Assembly: GCF_044704955.1 (NCBI RefSeq)
Contig: NC_091999.1
Location: 57,040,001 to 57,104,000 of the forward strand
Reading direction: 5' to 3'
Source: Pristiophorus japonicus
Lineage: Eukaryota
DNA length: 64,000 nucleotides
Below, piece after piece: positions 52,134 to 64,000 of the stretch; position 1 is the stretch's first letter; each line of letters opens with the position of its first letter. A program made the position numbers and the translations under genes. The notes beneath the pieces were generated by a model that had not been told where the DNA came from, made no database searches, and saw nothing but the letters and a program-made list of their open reading frames with translations.

Positions 52134-55100
52134 GTAAGGAACATTCCTACATTCTGCAACTGTTGTATTTGTGCCTTTATTTTACATTTCTCTTTATTTT
52201 AATAATTATTTCGTTCACTGAAACTTGGGTTCGGTGGGTTCTCTATTGAGATTTTTCAATGTTTTATGTAATTCTGCTACAAAGTGATTATAGAATTCAA
52301 CTGTTTCTCCACATAAGTTGTTGTTGAAGTGATTTGGTGTTTATCTGCTAACGAGTTTCTGTGCTTGAGTTACGTTAAATCCTTTAAAGTTGTTACACTG
52401 TTTGACACTTCTGCAATGTTTAATCTCGGTGACCTATGATTGCTGCAATTTTTCTGATCGAATACAAACATTGTGTTTAAATATTTTTGAAAGAACATTT
52501 TAAACACATAACATAAATCTTAGCGCTCAATATATATTCTTAAGGAATTTAAAGATTTTAGTGAAAATTACATTTGTCATCTACTGACCGAATGTTCCCG
52601 AATGCACAGATTCAATACGTGAAGTGTTGCTGTAATTAAGGACTGAAAAATTAACACATTTCCAGATGGACCTGATTTAAATTAATATTACTAACATTAT
52701 AATGATGTAGTAATATCACCCGTTATTATTAAAATATGCTATAATATTAACATTAATGTATTTTACATGATCCATCAAATCACAATTCTGCTGTCATTAT
52801 TTTATATTTCAGTTGAAGTCAATCATAAGTTATTTTAGTTTTAGGCGGCTTCGGTGATTCTGTAAAGAGACTTTTTGCAATGATACATTTAATTCTGCTG
52901 AAATGGTTTAGAGAATGAAGGATCTGTTCATGAAAGGTTCTGTCCGCCCCTCAGTGATGTGATTTAGTATTGATCTGCTGAGGAGAGTTTGTGCCGGTGT
53001 TATTCAGAATACCAAAAATTTGTGAAACTATTTCGCGTTTCTACAATGTTTAATATCGGTGACAGCGGGCAGCAGCAGGTTCCTGATCGAATACAAACAA
53101 GATATGTGTTTGAAACTGTTTGAAAGCAGATTGTAGGCAGAGAACAGGAAGGTTTTAGGAATCAGAAATCATTGAAATATATTTTAACATAACAATTATT
53201 GGTGATAATTATATATTCATCTATAAATTTATGTTTACGATGCTGATATTTACTGAGTGAAACGTAACTGTAATTACCAGCTATATAATTAGCAATTATT
53301 CAGGTTGTAGCTGAAATAAATTACGATTAACAAACCGATTATAATATTATAATGCGATAATATCTTCCAATGTTATTAAAATATGTTATAATATCAATAT
53401 AATTTTCTTAATATTATTTGCCTTCCAAAATCCTGCTGTACACTGGGCTCCATTAAGAGGAGCAGAAACTTTTAGAGGCTGGATACAATTATTAATTATG
53501 CCTGCAATTAGTTCACTGACAACATATTGATTCCACCGTGTGTTCAGTTTGAGTCGGGAGTTCAGTTACTTTTTACCTCCTGTTTACAGAGATGATTGGC
53601 AGTGTCTTTAATTATAACTCAAAGCCGTGTTGTAAATTGCATTTTGTCAATTTAACATGAAATTCTTACTGTGCAACCGAAATTTGTTATTGAATCACTA
53701 TTGTGTTTTGTTTGATACCGATAGAATTATCACTAAACTAATCTTAAACAGTTTGCAAGATCAGCGGCTGTGAGTCAGGCGTCACCGGCAGTCAAATAAT
53801 TATTCATGTGATTATATTCAAATTCAAGACTGCATAGGCTGGAGATAGGCAAATAATCCATTGAAATTCAAGCAGATTAATTTACTTAAAAAATGTTCAT
53901 CTTGTTTAGAATTTAACACAACTTCCTTTCTCCCAAAGCGGTGCTATATAAGGGATAGAACGGTAGACATAGCACAGGTCATATCTGAGAATTATGTTAA
54001 TTATTATTAATATTAAATTGATGAACAAAGTCTCTCCTCCATTTTCTCATTCAGGTTCAGTGTGGCAGATGGCCTGAATGATTTGTTATCCTACAGTTTT
54101 ACACTAACCATTCTGGAAATTAGTTTCAAGAAATAGCAGAATGTATTTAATAATTAATTTGGGGGCATTGTGTGAATAATGGGAGTGAACTGTAAATGAT
54201 TGTCTGTGTTATTAAATAGCAGAAGTTCTGCTACTGACTGCAAACTGGTTTTAATTAAGAAAACCATTTTTGGGAAGTTAAGATTGTGGAGAATATTTCA
54301 GCTCGAGAGTCCAGTTTAGTAAACAAGTGGTTTACAGCACATCGGACTTGTGACCCGGGCCGGACAGTGAACTATTTAAAATAGTCCACTCCTCAATCCA
54401 TCATGTGCAATGTACTCTGAAAATAGACGCAGTTTTTGTTATGTCAGAATATGTAGAATTTAAAAATGTATCGGTAGAGAACGGGACAGAAGTAGAACTG
54501 CGTAATTAGCGTCAATTAGTCAAATGTGATTTGAGTTAAGTAAAAATAATTTATTTTTCTGATTGTATTTATGTATTAATATGCTGCTTAATATTTTACT
54601 GTTGATGAATTGTTATGGTAAGTTGAGTAAACCTTAATATATCACAAGTTGCCAGGCAGAAAAGGTTTTTAAATTATTATTCATTAATTGTATCAGTAAG
54701 ACTGAAATTCAAGCACATTAAGTTAATTTCAAAAGTTCCAGGTACGTGTGCTTCTGAGGAGGAAGTGCCAGACAGGTACTCAGAGTATTTCCAATAATCA
54801 GCTAACACGAACACAAACTTAAAATGTAATATTCGTTCTAATTCATTAAACATAAATGATCTCTTGCAATTGCATTGCATACTGGTCAACATTACAGTTA
54901 TTACACTAACACAAGGGTTGGAGAGAATGTTTAATTAATTCCTAAATTAATTTAGAAGATAATGCATGTATAACTCGGCTGTGCTGAGTTCGATAAGCTA
55001 TCGCTTAATATTTTAGTTGATTTTGCCTCGATGATTTTACAGGTTATATTTACTATTGCAAATATGTCAAATCAGTGGGTGATCAGGTTTCAATGTATAT

Positions 55101-55679
55101 GTCTCCTGGATTGTGACATTCTTACGCTGTTAGCTAGTCCCGTTTAACGCGCAGCACTTTCCGTGGAATGAGAATTATTTCCAGATACTTATTTTCAGGG
55201 AAATTAATTTTTACACGGTTTACAAGATAGTCGACCGAGAGGGAGGAATGGCTGGATGTTGAATAGTTTCTCAAATAAAGATCAGTTTAATTTCAAAAAA
55301 TCTGCAGAGTTGAGGTGGTTGGTAATTGACAAGAAATAAATTAGAAATCAAACAGCTTCATTGAAATTAACAGATAGAACTGGTCTCTCTCACTGGAGCA
55401 CCGTTGTTGCACCGTTTGTGTCAGTTCTGTTCCTGTGCGACTGCTCACTGTGTGAGAATCATCAGTCCTCCTGACGGGTTGCAAAACTTCTGGATTGTGA
55501 TCGTGTATTGCGGGGGGTGTCATTTAACTCAGTTATTTAAAAAACTGGTATATGTGAGAAACGTAAAAGATTGACTTTAAGGTTGAGGAGTCGCCGCTGA
55601 AATGAGATCAGTAACCCAGCTTTTGACAGTCAGAAGGAGCAGTTCCGAAACACCAAGGGGGGACAGTAGAAGAAGCTTT

Positions 55680-57020
55680 AATCAGTTTCTAACCCGGTTG
55701 TAACTACCCTGGAAGTGTTTGATGGGACAGTGCAGAAGGAGCTTTACTCTGTATCTAGCCCATGCTGTACGTGCCCTGGGAGTGTTTGATGGGACAGTGT
55801 AGAGAGAATGTTACTCTGTGCTGACCCATGCTGTACCTGTTCTGGGCGTGTTTGATGGGACAATGTAGAGGGAGCTCAACTCTGTATCTTGACCGATGCT
55901 GTATCTGCCCTGTGTGGATTGATGGCACAGTGCAGAAATAATTTTACTCGGAATCTAAACCTTGCTATATTTGACCCGTCTTACAGGGTAGTGCAGTTTA
56001 ATATGCATTCATCCTTTGCTTTACATGACCTTACAGCGCCAGACAGACCAGTGAAGAGGGAGATTTACTCTATCGAATCTGTCCTGTATCTGATTCGAGT
56101 GATTTTCGAAAACAAATTGAAGAAACCTCAATCTGCATCTAACTAATACGATATTGAATTAGTTATTGTTATACAGTTGAGCATCAGCTAATTATTGCAT
56201 GAGATTGGTCTGATCCTAAGCTTACTTTCAGAACAAACAGTTTCAGGAAAGCAGTGCCTCGTCTGATCAGATGGATGCTCCAATTTATTTTGGCAATTTT
56301 GTACCTGCACTGGGACTGTTTGATGGGACACTGTAGAGGGAGATTAAGTCTCTATCTACCCATGCTGTACCTGCCCTGGGAATGTTTAATGGGACATTCT
56401 AGAGGGAGCTTTACACTGTACCTGTATTGGGAGTGTTTGATGGGACATTGTAGAGGAAGCTTTATTTTTTATCCAAGCCGTACTGGACCTGTCCTGAATG
56501 TGTTTAATTGGCAGTGTGGAGGAAAATCTACTGTTTATCTAACTCGTGCCGTAACTACACTGGGAGTGTTTGATATGACAGTGATGAAGGAGCTTTACTC
56601 TGCAACTAACCCATACTTTACCTTATCTGGCATTGCTTGATGGGACATTGCAGAGATAGCTTTAATCAACATTTAACCTTTTATTTAGAAGGACGTGGAG
56701 CTTAATTGGGTCCTTCAATATAGATTGATCTTCTATTTAATCAGAGCTATAGGTGAGCTGGTGTGCTTTAAAGGGGAAGTGTATGGGAAGCTTTTCTTTG
56801 TACGTGTGATAATTGTGCTGAGTATAATCGGTCAATTTGATAATGCATTTTATGGGGAGACATTTCGTAGCACATCTCTGCAGTACTTGAGCTGGGAATG
56901 TTTGACGGGATAGTACAGATAACATATTACTCTGTGTGTAACCCTTGCTATACCTGGCCTGACCCACACGACAGCATAGCGGGAGCTTTGCTCTTGTATC
57001 GTGCTGTATCTGACCTGAGA
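55680..57020 (+). repeat. 67-bp satellite arrays in the J-Cmu1 intron
   Basis: Repeated CCTGGGAGTGTTTGATGGGACA...GAGCTTTACTCTG units. Confidence 0.82.
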
Positions 57021-57759
57021 GTGCTTGGTCAGGCAATGTTCAAGGCACCGTTATCTGCCACTAACAGATAGCAGATAAACTACTCGTGCCAGATATAAAC
57101 AATAAATCGTCCGATTGCCCAGATTAAACAACGCACATTCATTGATGTTTATATTCTTTCTGAAAAAATGCCAAATTTTTAATGAGTTATTCATGTTTGA
57201 ACATTCTGAGCATCAGATTTCTATTGAACACGATTGGCCTGATCCTCAGCTCACTTTCAGAACAAACCGTTTCAGGAAGTGAATAACGCTCCAGAAAGCA
57301 GCGGCTGTTCTGATCTGTTGGGAGGCTGTAAGTTATTTTCACAATTTAAATGGAGGATATCGAGAATCCCGCTTCAAATAACAGTCATGAGGACCTCGTG
57401 TTTAGAAACATTATGTTGTTCAATTCATCTTGAGCAGGTTAAAGGTAGGGACAAACTATGAGAGATGCAGCTATTGGCCTGGGTCACAACACAAGGTGCA
57501 CAGTCACTGAGCTGCAATTCTGTGAAACATTTAAAGAGATAGAGTCAACCTGCAATAAGTCATCATTCGCAATGAACTTTAAGCCTTTATAACAGCATGC
57601 GATTGACTAATATGCGTCAGATTTATAAGATCCCTTTATTTTAAATATCCTCTTTCATTATAACGAACAGTAAAAATAGATCTGGTAGAGGTGTCCAAAA
57701 TATGAAGCGTTTCCTTCCATTAAATCTAGAAGCACTATTCACACTGATTCGTGTAGAAT

Positions 57760-58680
57760 GATAGCATCTCACAGCACTGAAAAGGCCATTCAAGCATCGT
57801 GCCTGTGCCGGCTCTGAAAGAGCTGTCCAATTTAATCCAACTCCCCTGGGTTTTCCTTGTAAACGTGCACATGTGTCCTCCTGACATACAGGAGGATCTG
57901 CTTGGAGCATTCCTGAAATTACCAACCCTCTGTGTGAAACAATTGCCCCAATTTTCCCTTTTGATCTTTTGCCAATTATTTTAAATCTGTGACCTTTGGT
58001 TACCCACCTACTTTCCAGCGGAAGCAGTTTCTCCCTACTTGCTCTATCAAAAACTATCATAATGTTCAATATCTCTCTTACGTTTCTTCTTAACCTCTGT
58101 TCTAAGGAGAACATCCCTGCTTTTCCAATCTCTCCACATAACTGAAGTCCGCATCCCTGGCATAATCCTGGTAAAAGCCTCCCCTCTACACTCCCCAAGG
58201 GCTTGACATCCTTCCTACATTGTTGTTCCAGAATTGTGCACAATACTCCAGCTGAGGCCTAACACGTGATCTGTATGTTTAGCATAACCGCCTTGTTTTT
58301 GTAGTCAATTCCCCATTTAGAAAGTCAAGTATCCCATAATGTTTCATAACTGTCTTACCAGTTTGCCCTGCCCCGTTCAAAGATTTGTAAATATGTACAT
58401 CTACGACTCTCTGTTCGTGCATCCCCTCAAAACAATACTATTTAGATTACACTGCCTCTCCATCTTCCACCCAATGTGCATCGCTTCTCAATGATTCGCA
58501 TTAAATTGCAATTGCCATGTCCCGGCCCATTTCACTGGTCCATCTGTCTCCTCATGGAGTCTGCTGCTTTCATGCTCACTATAGGCTACGTTGCCAGGTT
58601 TTGCCTCATCTTCGAACTTCGAAATTGTATTCCCGATAACCAAGTCCAGGTCGTTGTTATATAACAAGAACAGCAATGGG
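57760..58680 (-). mobile_element. Degenerate CR1 3' portion
   Basis: ORFs 57641-58243 and 58488-58796 (NDLDLVIGNTISKFEDE) resemble CR1 ORF2. Confidence 0.72.
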
Positions 58681-59434
58681 AACTGAAATGGGCCATTTAA
58701 GGAGAAACTTCCAATTAACCGGATTTTGGAATGGTATTTTATTCGGATTATTAATTGAATGGGATGGAGGAGGAAACTCAAGAGGCATGCATTCAATAGG
58801 ATGGGATAGAGCCCAGATCACATTGCACTGAGTGACATCGCTCTTCCTCAAATGCTGAGGAAATAAGGGAGAAATTCGACTCAATCGCGATTCATCTCCA
58901 GCTTGAATCTTAGAAACTAGACTATGGAAATGCTATCTGTTGAATTATGTGGTAGGCAAATTTAGAGGGTTTTTTGCTAACGTCCGAAGCAGGAATTCCG
59001 CTGTTACTTTGAAGTGCAGTCACAATTGTTTTGTTGGGATACACTGCAGGCAATGTGCACAGAGCGAACTTCCCCAAACTGCAATTAAATAAAGGACCAG
59101 AAATGGTGCTGATTGAGAAATAAATGCAGGCCGAAATAGCAGGAACATGCCTCTGTTCTTCTATTGTATGAACCAATGAAGGATTCTTTATTGGCGAGTT
59201 GTGTAAAGGTTCTTGTTGTGTAATGTGATAGAGCTCGGGGATAGAAAGGTGTGTTCCTGACCAGGGCATCGACAGGTGCTTATAAAGGAACTGACAGAAG
59301 CTCAAATGCCCGTGTAGTCTTTGATGGGAAAATGGTGGAATTAGTTTATTCTGCAGTCAAATTTCGAGTTGTTTCTTTCTTTTATAAGCATGGATTACAG
59401 TGTCTAACTTGTTCAATGGGCCATTCTTTCTCAG

Positions 59435-59734
59435 TAACACCGTTTCCCCCCAATCTCTACGCCCTGCTCTCCTCCTGTGAACAACCCAGCACCGATGGCT
59501 CCATCACATACGGCTGTTTGGCGATGGACTACTCCCCCGATATCACCAGCCTTTCCTGGAAGAAAGATAAAGATCCTATCACCACTGCATTGAAGACCTA
59601 CCCGTCAGTGTTCAACAAGAAAGGAATCTACACCCAGAGCAGCCAGTTAACCATCACCAAGTCAGATGTGGGGAGCAGCACAATCTTCTGTGAGGTTCGA
59701 CGTGGTGTGTCGGTCTGGGCCATCACAATGCCAG
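59435..59734 (+). CDS. IGHM: IgM heavy chain Cmu1 exon
   Basis: Acceptor TTTCTCAG, then (V)[99 protein letters not shown], donor G|GTTAGT. Closely resembles shark Cmu1. Confidence 0.96.
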
Positions 59735-59811
59735 GTTAGTGATGTGGGTTACAGGGCAAACAATGATAAGATGACAAATTATGCTCAACTTGTATAGCAA
59801 TTTGGTAAGAC

Positions 59812-60258
59812 AACACCTAGAGTACTGTGTACAGTTCTGCTCTCCCTATCATACTTAGAATACTGTGTACAGTTCTCGTCTCCAAATCACACTTAGAGTA
59901 TTGTGTACAGTTATGATTTCCACATAATACTTAGAATACTGAGCACAGTTCTAGTTTCCTTATCACATTTAGAATATTGGTCACAATTCTGGTTTCCATC
60001 TCATACTTAGATTAGTGTCTAAAGTTCTGGTCTCCATATCATACTAAGAATATTATGCACAGTTCCGGTCTCCATATCACAGTTAGAATATTCTTTAAAG
60101 TTCTGGTTTCGATCTCATACTTAGAATACGGCATAAAGTTGTGGTCTCCATATCATGCTTAGAATACTGTGCATGGTTCTGGACCTCATATCGCACTTAG
60201 AATATTATGCACAGTTCTGGTCTGCATATTACACTGAGAATACAGTGCACAGTTCTGC
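59812..60258 (+). repeat. 38-bp minisatellite (about 12 copies) derived from CR1 ORF2
   Basis: Unit approx. CATACTTAGAATACTGTGTACAGTTCTGGTCTCCATAT, matching the HLEYCVQFWSP coding segment. Confidence 0.85.
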
Positions 60259-60380
60259 TCTCTGTAAATGCCTGGTTAGTGTTAGTCTGATAGCAAAGAA
60301 CCTGTTAAAATATAAGGACACTTTGCATTTCTTAATCATTTATTTTACAAGCAATGTCAGTAATATGTTTTTTTTTGAAG

Positions 60381-60698
60381 ATCCTGAACCGGACATCGGT
60401 CCTCCAACTGTTGTCCTCACGCTGAGTTCCACTGAACAAATCACCACCAGCAGATATGCAAGCGCCGTGTGTTCAATCATCGATTTCCGGCCAAAGTCAC
60501 TGACCGTGAATTGGCTGAAGAGTGGACAACTCCTGGATTCGGGTTTCGTCACCTCTCCCGTCTTTGAGGTGAACGGGAACTTCTCGACGGCCAGTCGGCT
60601 GACAGTCCCCGCCGAGGAATGGTTCACCGGCTCGGTCTACACCTGCCAAGTCACTCATGAAGGGGTCACGCAAAGCCGTAACTTCAGCAGATCTCAGG
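60381..60698 (+). CDS. IGHM: IgM heavy chain Cmu2 exon
   Basis: Acceptor TTTTTTGAAG, then (D)[105 protein letters not shown], donor G|GTAAGA. Confidence 0.96.
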
Positions 60699-60829
60699 GT
60701 AAGAGGCACAATCCCGGGAGGTTCCAGACCATTCTGAGCGCTGACCTAGTCAGGTGTTTCATTGGAATTAGTAAAAAGCAGAGGACTGTTCCAAATTTCC
60801 AATCATGCAGTCTGTGTATTCTTGCGATA

Positions 60830-61275
60830 CAAACTTGCCTTTATACAGCGCCTTCAGCGACCACAGACTGAACCAAAGCGCTTGCCAGCCAATGAATTAA
60901 GTTGTGAAATGTTCTCATAGTTGTAATGTACAAAGTTCGGCAGTCATTTAGTGCACAGCAAGCTCCCAAAAACAACAGTGTGATAATGACCATTTTTTTT
61001 TGTTGAGTGATATTTCTTGAGGGATAAATATTCCCAGGCTACCAGGGAGAACTCCTCTGCTTTTCATTGAAATAATGCCAAGGTATCTTTTACCTCCACC
61101 TGAGAGGCCAGATGGATCCACGGTTTAACACCTGATCCAACTGACGGCACCTCCGACATTGCGCCATGCTCCCAGTACTGCACTGGGAGACTCAGCTTAC
61201 ATTTTGTGATCAAGTATCTGGAGTGTGAATTCAATCCACTATCTTCTGGTTCAGGATTCCTCATTGCTCAGCTTT
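60830..61275 (-). mobile_element. Deu-domain SINE in the Cmu2-Cmu3 intron
   Basis: Reverse complement of the SINE at 8710-9160 (CTCCCAGTACTGCACTGG, ACGGCACCTCCGACA, TTTATACAGCGCCTT). Confidence 0.72.
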
Positions 61276-61459
61276 ATTAACCTCGCCAAAGAAGTTTTCC
61301 CCTTGCTCTGATGTCAGGCAGTGAGTGAAGTGTCCTTAGTCACAGGTTTATCCTGAGTTGGCTGATCATATACGGAGTGGCAGTAGGAGTCTGGAACCCT
61401 TTCCTGCCAACTGTCCAGGAACCCTGCTAGAATGAGCATCTACCCTATTCAGAGCACTG

Positions 61460-61945
61460 AGCCCAGTTCTGCGCTCCGCACCTCAGGAAGGATATACGTG
61501 GATGCGCTAAACTGCACGTTTACCCGAATTAAACCGGGCCTATAATGTAAAATGATCTGGAGACGAGTATAGAACGTTAAGAGATGATCCAATTGAGGTG
61601 TTTAAGTTTATCAATGGAATTGATCGAGTAGATATAGAAACATTTATTTAGTTTGATGGGAGAGTCCAGAACAAGTAGCAGAACCTTAACATTAGAGTTA
61701 GGCCTTGCAGAGGTAATGTCACAAAGAATTTCCTCACAGGAAGAATAGTGCAAGTCGGGATTTCCCTCCCCAAAAGCTGCTGATGCTTGCTTTCAATTGA
61801 AAAGTTGAAAATTGAGATTGATAGATTTTTGTCAGGCAAGGTTATCAAGGCGGGAAGATGGTGTTGAGTGTTGATCAGCCATGATCTAACTGGTTGGCGG
61901 GATAGGATGGATAGGCTGAATGGCCACCTACTGTTCCTATGTTGC
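61460..61945 (+). mobile_element. Degenerate CR1 3' fragment
   Basis: GATCAGCCATGATCT...GGCTGAATGGCCACCTACTGTTCCTATG 3' UTR signature. Confidence 0.65.
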
Positions 61946-62649
61946 TATTAATGCCCTGAGGTCATATTTCACTCTGACTTTCTCTCACCAGACATGATAA
62001 ATATTCAGTACTTACAGAAATTAAAAAAACTACTTCACACCATTACAAATGATGCCCCACCATAAAGATTCCTTGGAACTCCATTCTCCCGACCTTGCAC
62101 TTCTCCTCAGACGGGGGCTGTGACTGGTTACTGCACATTTTCACCGCAACAAAAAACGCAGCAAGATACCAGAAACTTAACATTGTTTCCTGTTGTCCCA
62201 TAAATCTTGAAATTAATTTGACACTGGTTTTGAACCAGTATAATGCTGGTGTCGACCTCTTGAACCTCGGGCTATTCGGGCTTCAGCTATTATAACCAGC
62301 AGAGATGAATTTGGGTGCAAGTATCTATAGACGGGTGTAAAGGAGCAAGGGATTTCAGGAAGAGCGCTATTCAATGCCTAACATAATTGCGCCCTAAAGA
62401 ATTCCCATTTTACTCCGGGTATTTGCTTCACAGCCCGTTACAGGTGTCTCTGGCTGCAAATACACAGGAAATGTTACAGTTCTCCTGGAATCGTTGCCAA
62501 TTAATTGTCCTTCCAATAACGGTGTTAAAGCAACAGCGGGAGGTTGATACCTCAAATGTGATATATTCCCCTTGAAAGAGTTAAGGCTAAATATTGGTGT
62601 CCTGATTCTGAAGCTGCAGCTTTTCCTGACTTTCATTCCTGTTTCGCAG

Positions 62650-62958
62650 TGGATGTCCCATGCAGTGATTCAAAAATCACTCTTCGCCCACCGTCACTGG
62701 AACAGGTCTTACTGGAGGCGACGGTGACCTTAACCTGCGTCGTGTCTGACGCTCCTTATGGGCTCACCGTGTCCTGGACCCGAGAAAAGGAGGCTTTGAA
62801 ATCAGAGATTGCCGTCCAACCGGGAGAGGATCCCAACAGCGTGATCAGCAACTTAAACATCTCGACACAAGACTGGCTGAGTGGGGATAAGTTCTACTGC
62901 GTTGTGAGCCATCAGGATATGCCGACTCCGATCAGAGATTCCATCCACAAGGAAAAGG
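62650..62958 (+). CDS. IGHM: IgM heavy chain Cmu3 exon
   Basis: Acceptor GTTTCGCAG, then (V)[102 protein letters not shown], donor G|GTGAGC. Confidence 0.96.
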
Positions 62959-63871
62959 GTGAGCGGGGCGATTGTTGCAATAAGTGAGATACTGTGACTA
63001 AGGCATGTGCAAGAGCCAATCATTATATAAAATGTTTAATGGGCTACTTTGATCATTCAGTTTGGTAATTCCACGAACTCTGCACTCTGTGACCTGACAT
63101 TATGTATTTTAGGGGAAAGTGGATAAGTCCATGAGTGAGAAAGGAATAGAAGGGTATGTTATTAGGATTAAATTAAGTGAGCTAGGAGGTGGCTTGTGTG
63201 GAACATACACACCGGCATAGACCAGTTGGCCAAATCTCCTCATTCTGTGCAGTAAATTCTATGTAATTTTCCAGACCAATCCTTCAAGATTTCAGAGAGA
63301 AAGATTGTGTTCCCTCTGCTGCGGGATGAAAAACCAGAAAGGCCCCAGAGGGGAAAAGGAAAAGCGTTAAAATTCAACGCAGTGTCCATTTCTCTCACAT
63401 CTAACCACCTGAAATTGGCTAAATTTAAATAAGGAAGGCGAGTTGTGGGCGGTGGTCTCACAGGCCACCCGGGAGAACGGGAGGATTGGAAGCCGAGTGA
63501 GGAGGTCTCGGATCGCGGGTGGTGGGTTAGGCAGGGACCCTGGATCCAGGGGTAGGTGTAAGGGCAATTACCACCTGGGTGCAGCAGTCCCCGCCTCGCT
63601 GTAACTGCAGGGATTTACACAGTGTGTCAATCTGGACCAGCGACTGTTAAACACCAAATGGTGGTTAAAATTGAAGATTCCATTCTCATTTAAATATTTT
63701 ACTCAACTATAATATTACAACCGGGAGTGGGCGCGTTGAGGTCGGGATATCGATTTTTACCAATTTAGCCACCTCCACGACCACAATCCGCCCGCTCCGT
63801 TAGGTTAAAGTTCACCCCCATTGTCTCTGGAACTGTCCAGTTCATTGACCTTTATTCTAACTGTTCTACAG

Positions 63872-64000
63872 CAAAAGATCGGCGGGAACCGGCCGTGTCT
63901 GTCCTCCTGCCCTCGGTAGAAGAAGTCTCCGCTCCGAGGTTGGTCAGCCTCACCTGCTTAGTGAGAGGTTTCTCCCCCCGAGAGATCTTTGTCAAATGGA
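63872..64000 (+). CDS. IGHM: IgM heavy chain Cmu4 exon (partial, runs off the window)
   Basis: Acceptor TGTTCTACAG, then (A)[42 protein letters not shown]. Not listed in the ORF track. Confidence 0.94.

Noticed and set aside
55413-55452. CGTTTGTGT-24 nt-CACTGTG in the J-C intron, a possible second J
   Set aside because: Spacer is off by one, and no frame downstream gives WGxG/FGxG or a J-like donor. At most a cryptic RSS.
59435-64000. IgW or IgNAR identity for the constant exons
   Set aside because: Leader, VH and the four C exons match shark mu-chain motifs ([45 protein letters not shown]).

Overview
Repeat-rich vertebrate DNA, almost certainly from a cartilaginous fish (shark-type CR1 LINEs with (CATAGAAA)n or (CATAAGAA)n tails, Deu-domain SINEs, 27-bp and 67-bp satellites). 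The only recognisable host gene is a + strand IgM heavy-chain cluster at ~50.9-64 kb: promoter, leader exon, open VH with a 23-bp-spacer RSS, then Cmu1, Cmu2, Cmu3 and the start of Cmu4 (cut by the window end), all open and phase-compatible. The cluster lacks the standard shark V-D1-D2-J layout. About 400 bp after the V RSS, where D1 normally sits, one 12-spacer RSS is fused directly to a long in-frame D(D)J segment, so the locus looks partly pre-rearranged (V + joined DJ) and needs only one V-to-DJ join. Its Cmu2 has a Pro-rich start and only the two canonical cysteines. A full-length CR1 with a 9-bp TSD sits head-to-head about 400 bp upstream of the VH start codon. The first 50 kb holds a hAT transposase fossil, nested young and old CR1 insertions, an old ~13-kb unit present two to three times with possible degenerate transcription-unit signals, and satellite fields. 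Two N gaps are present. Repeat boundaries are approximate unless TSDs are quoted.
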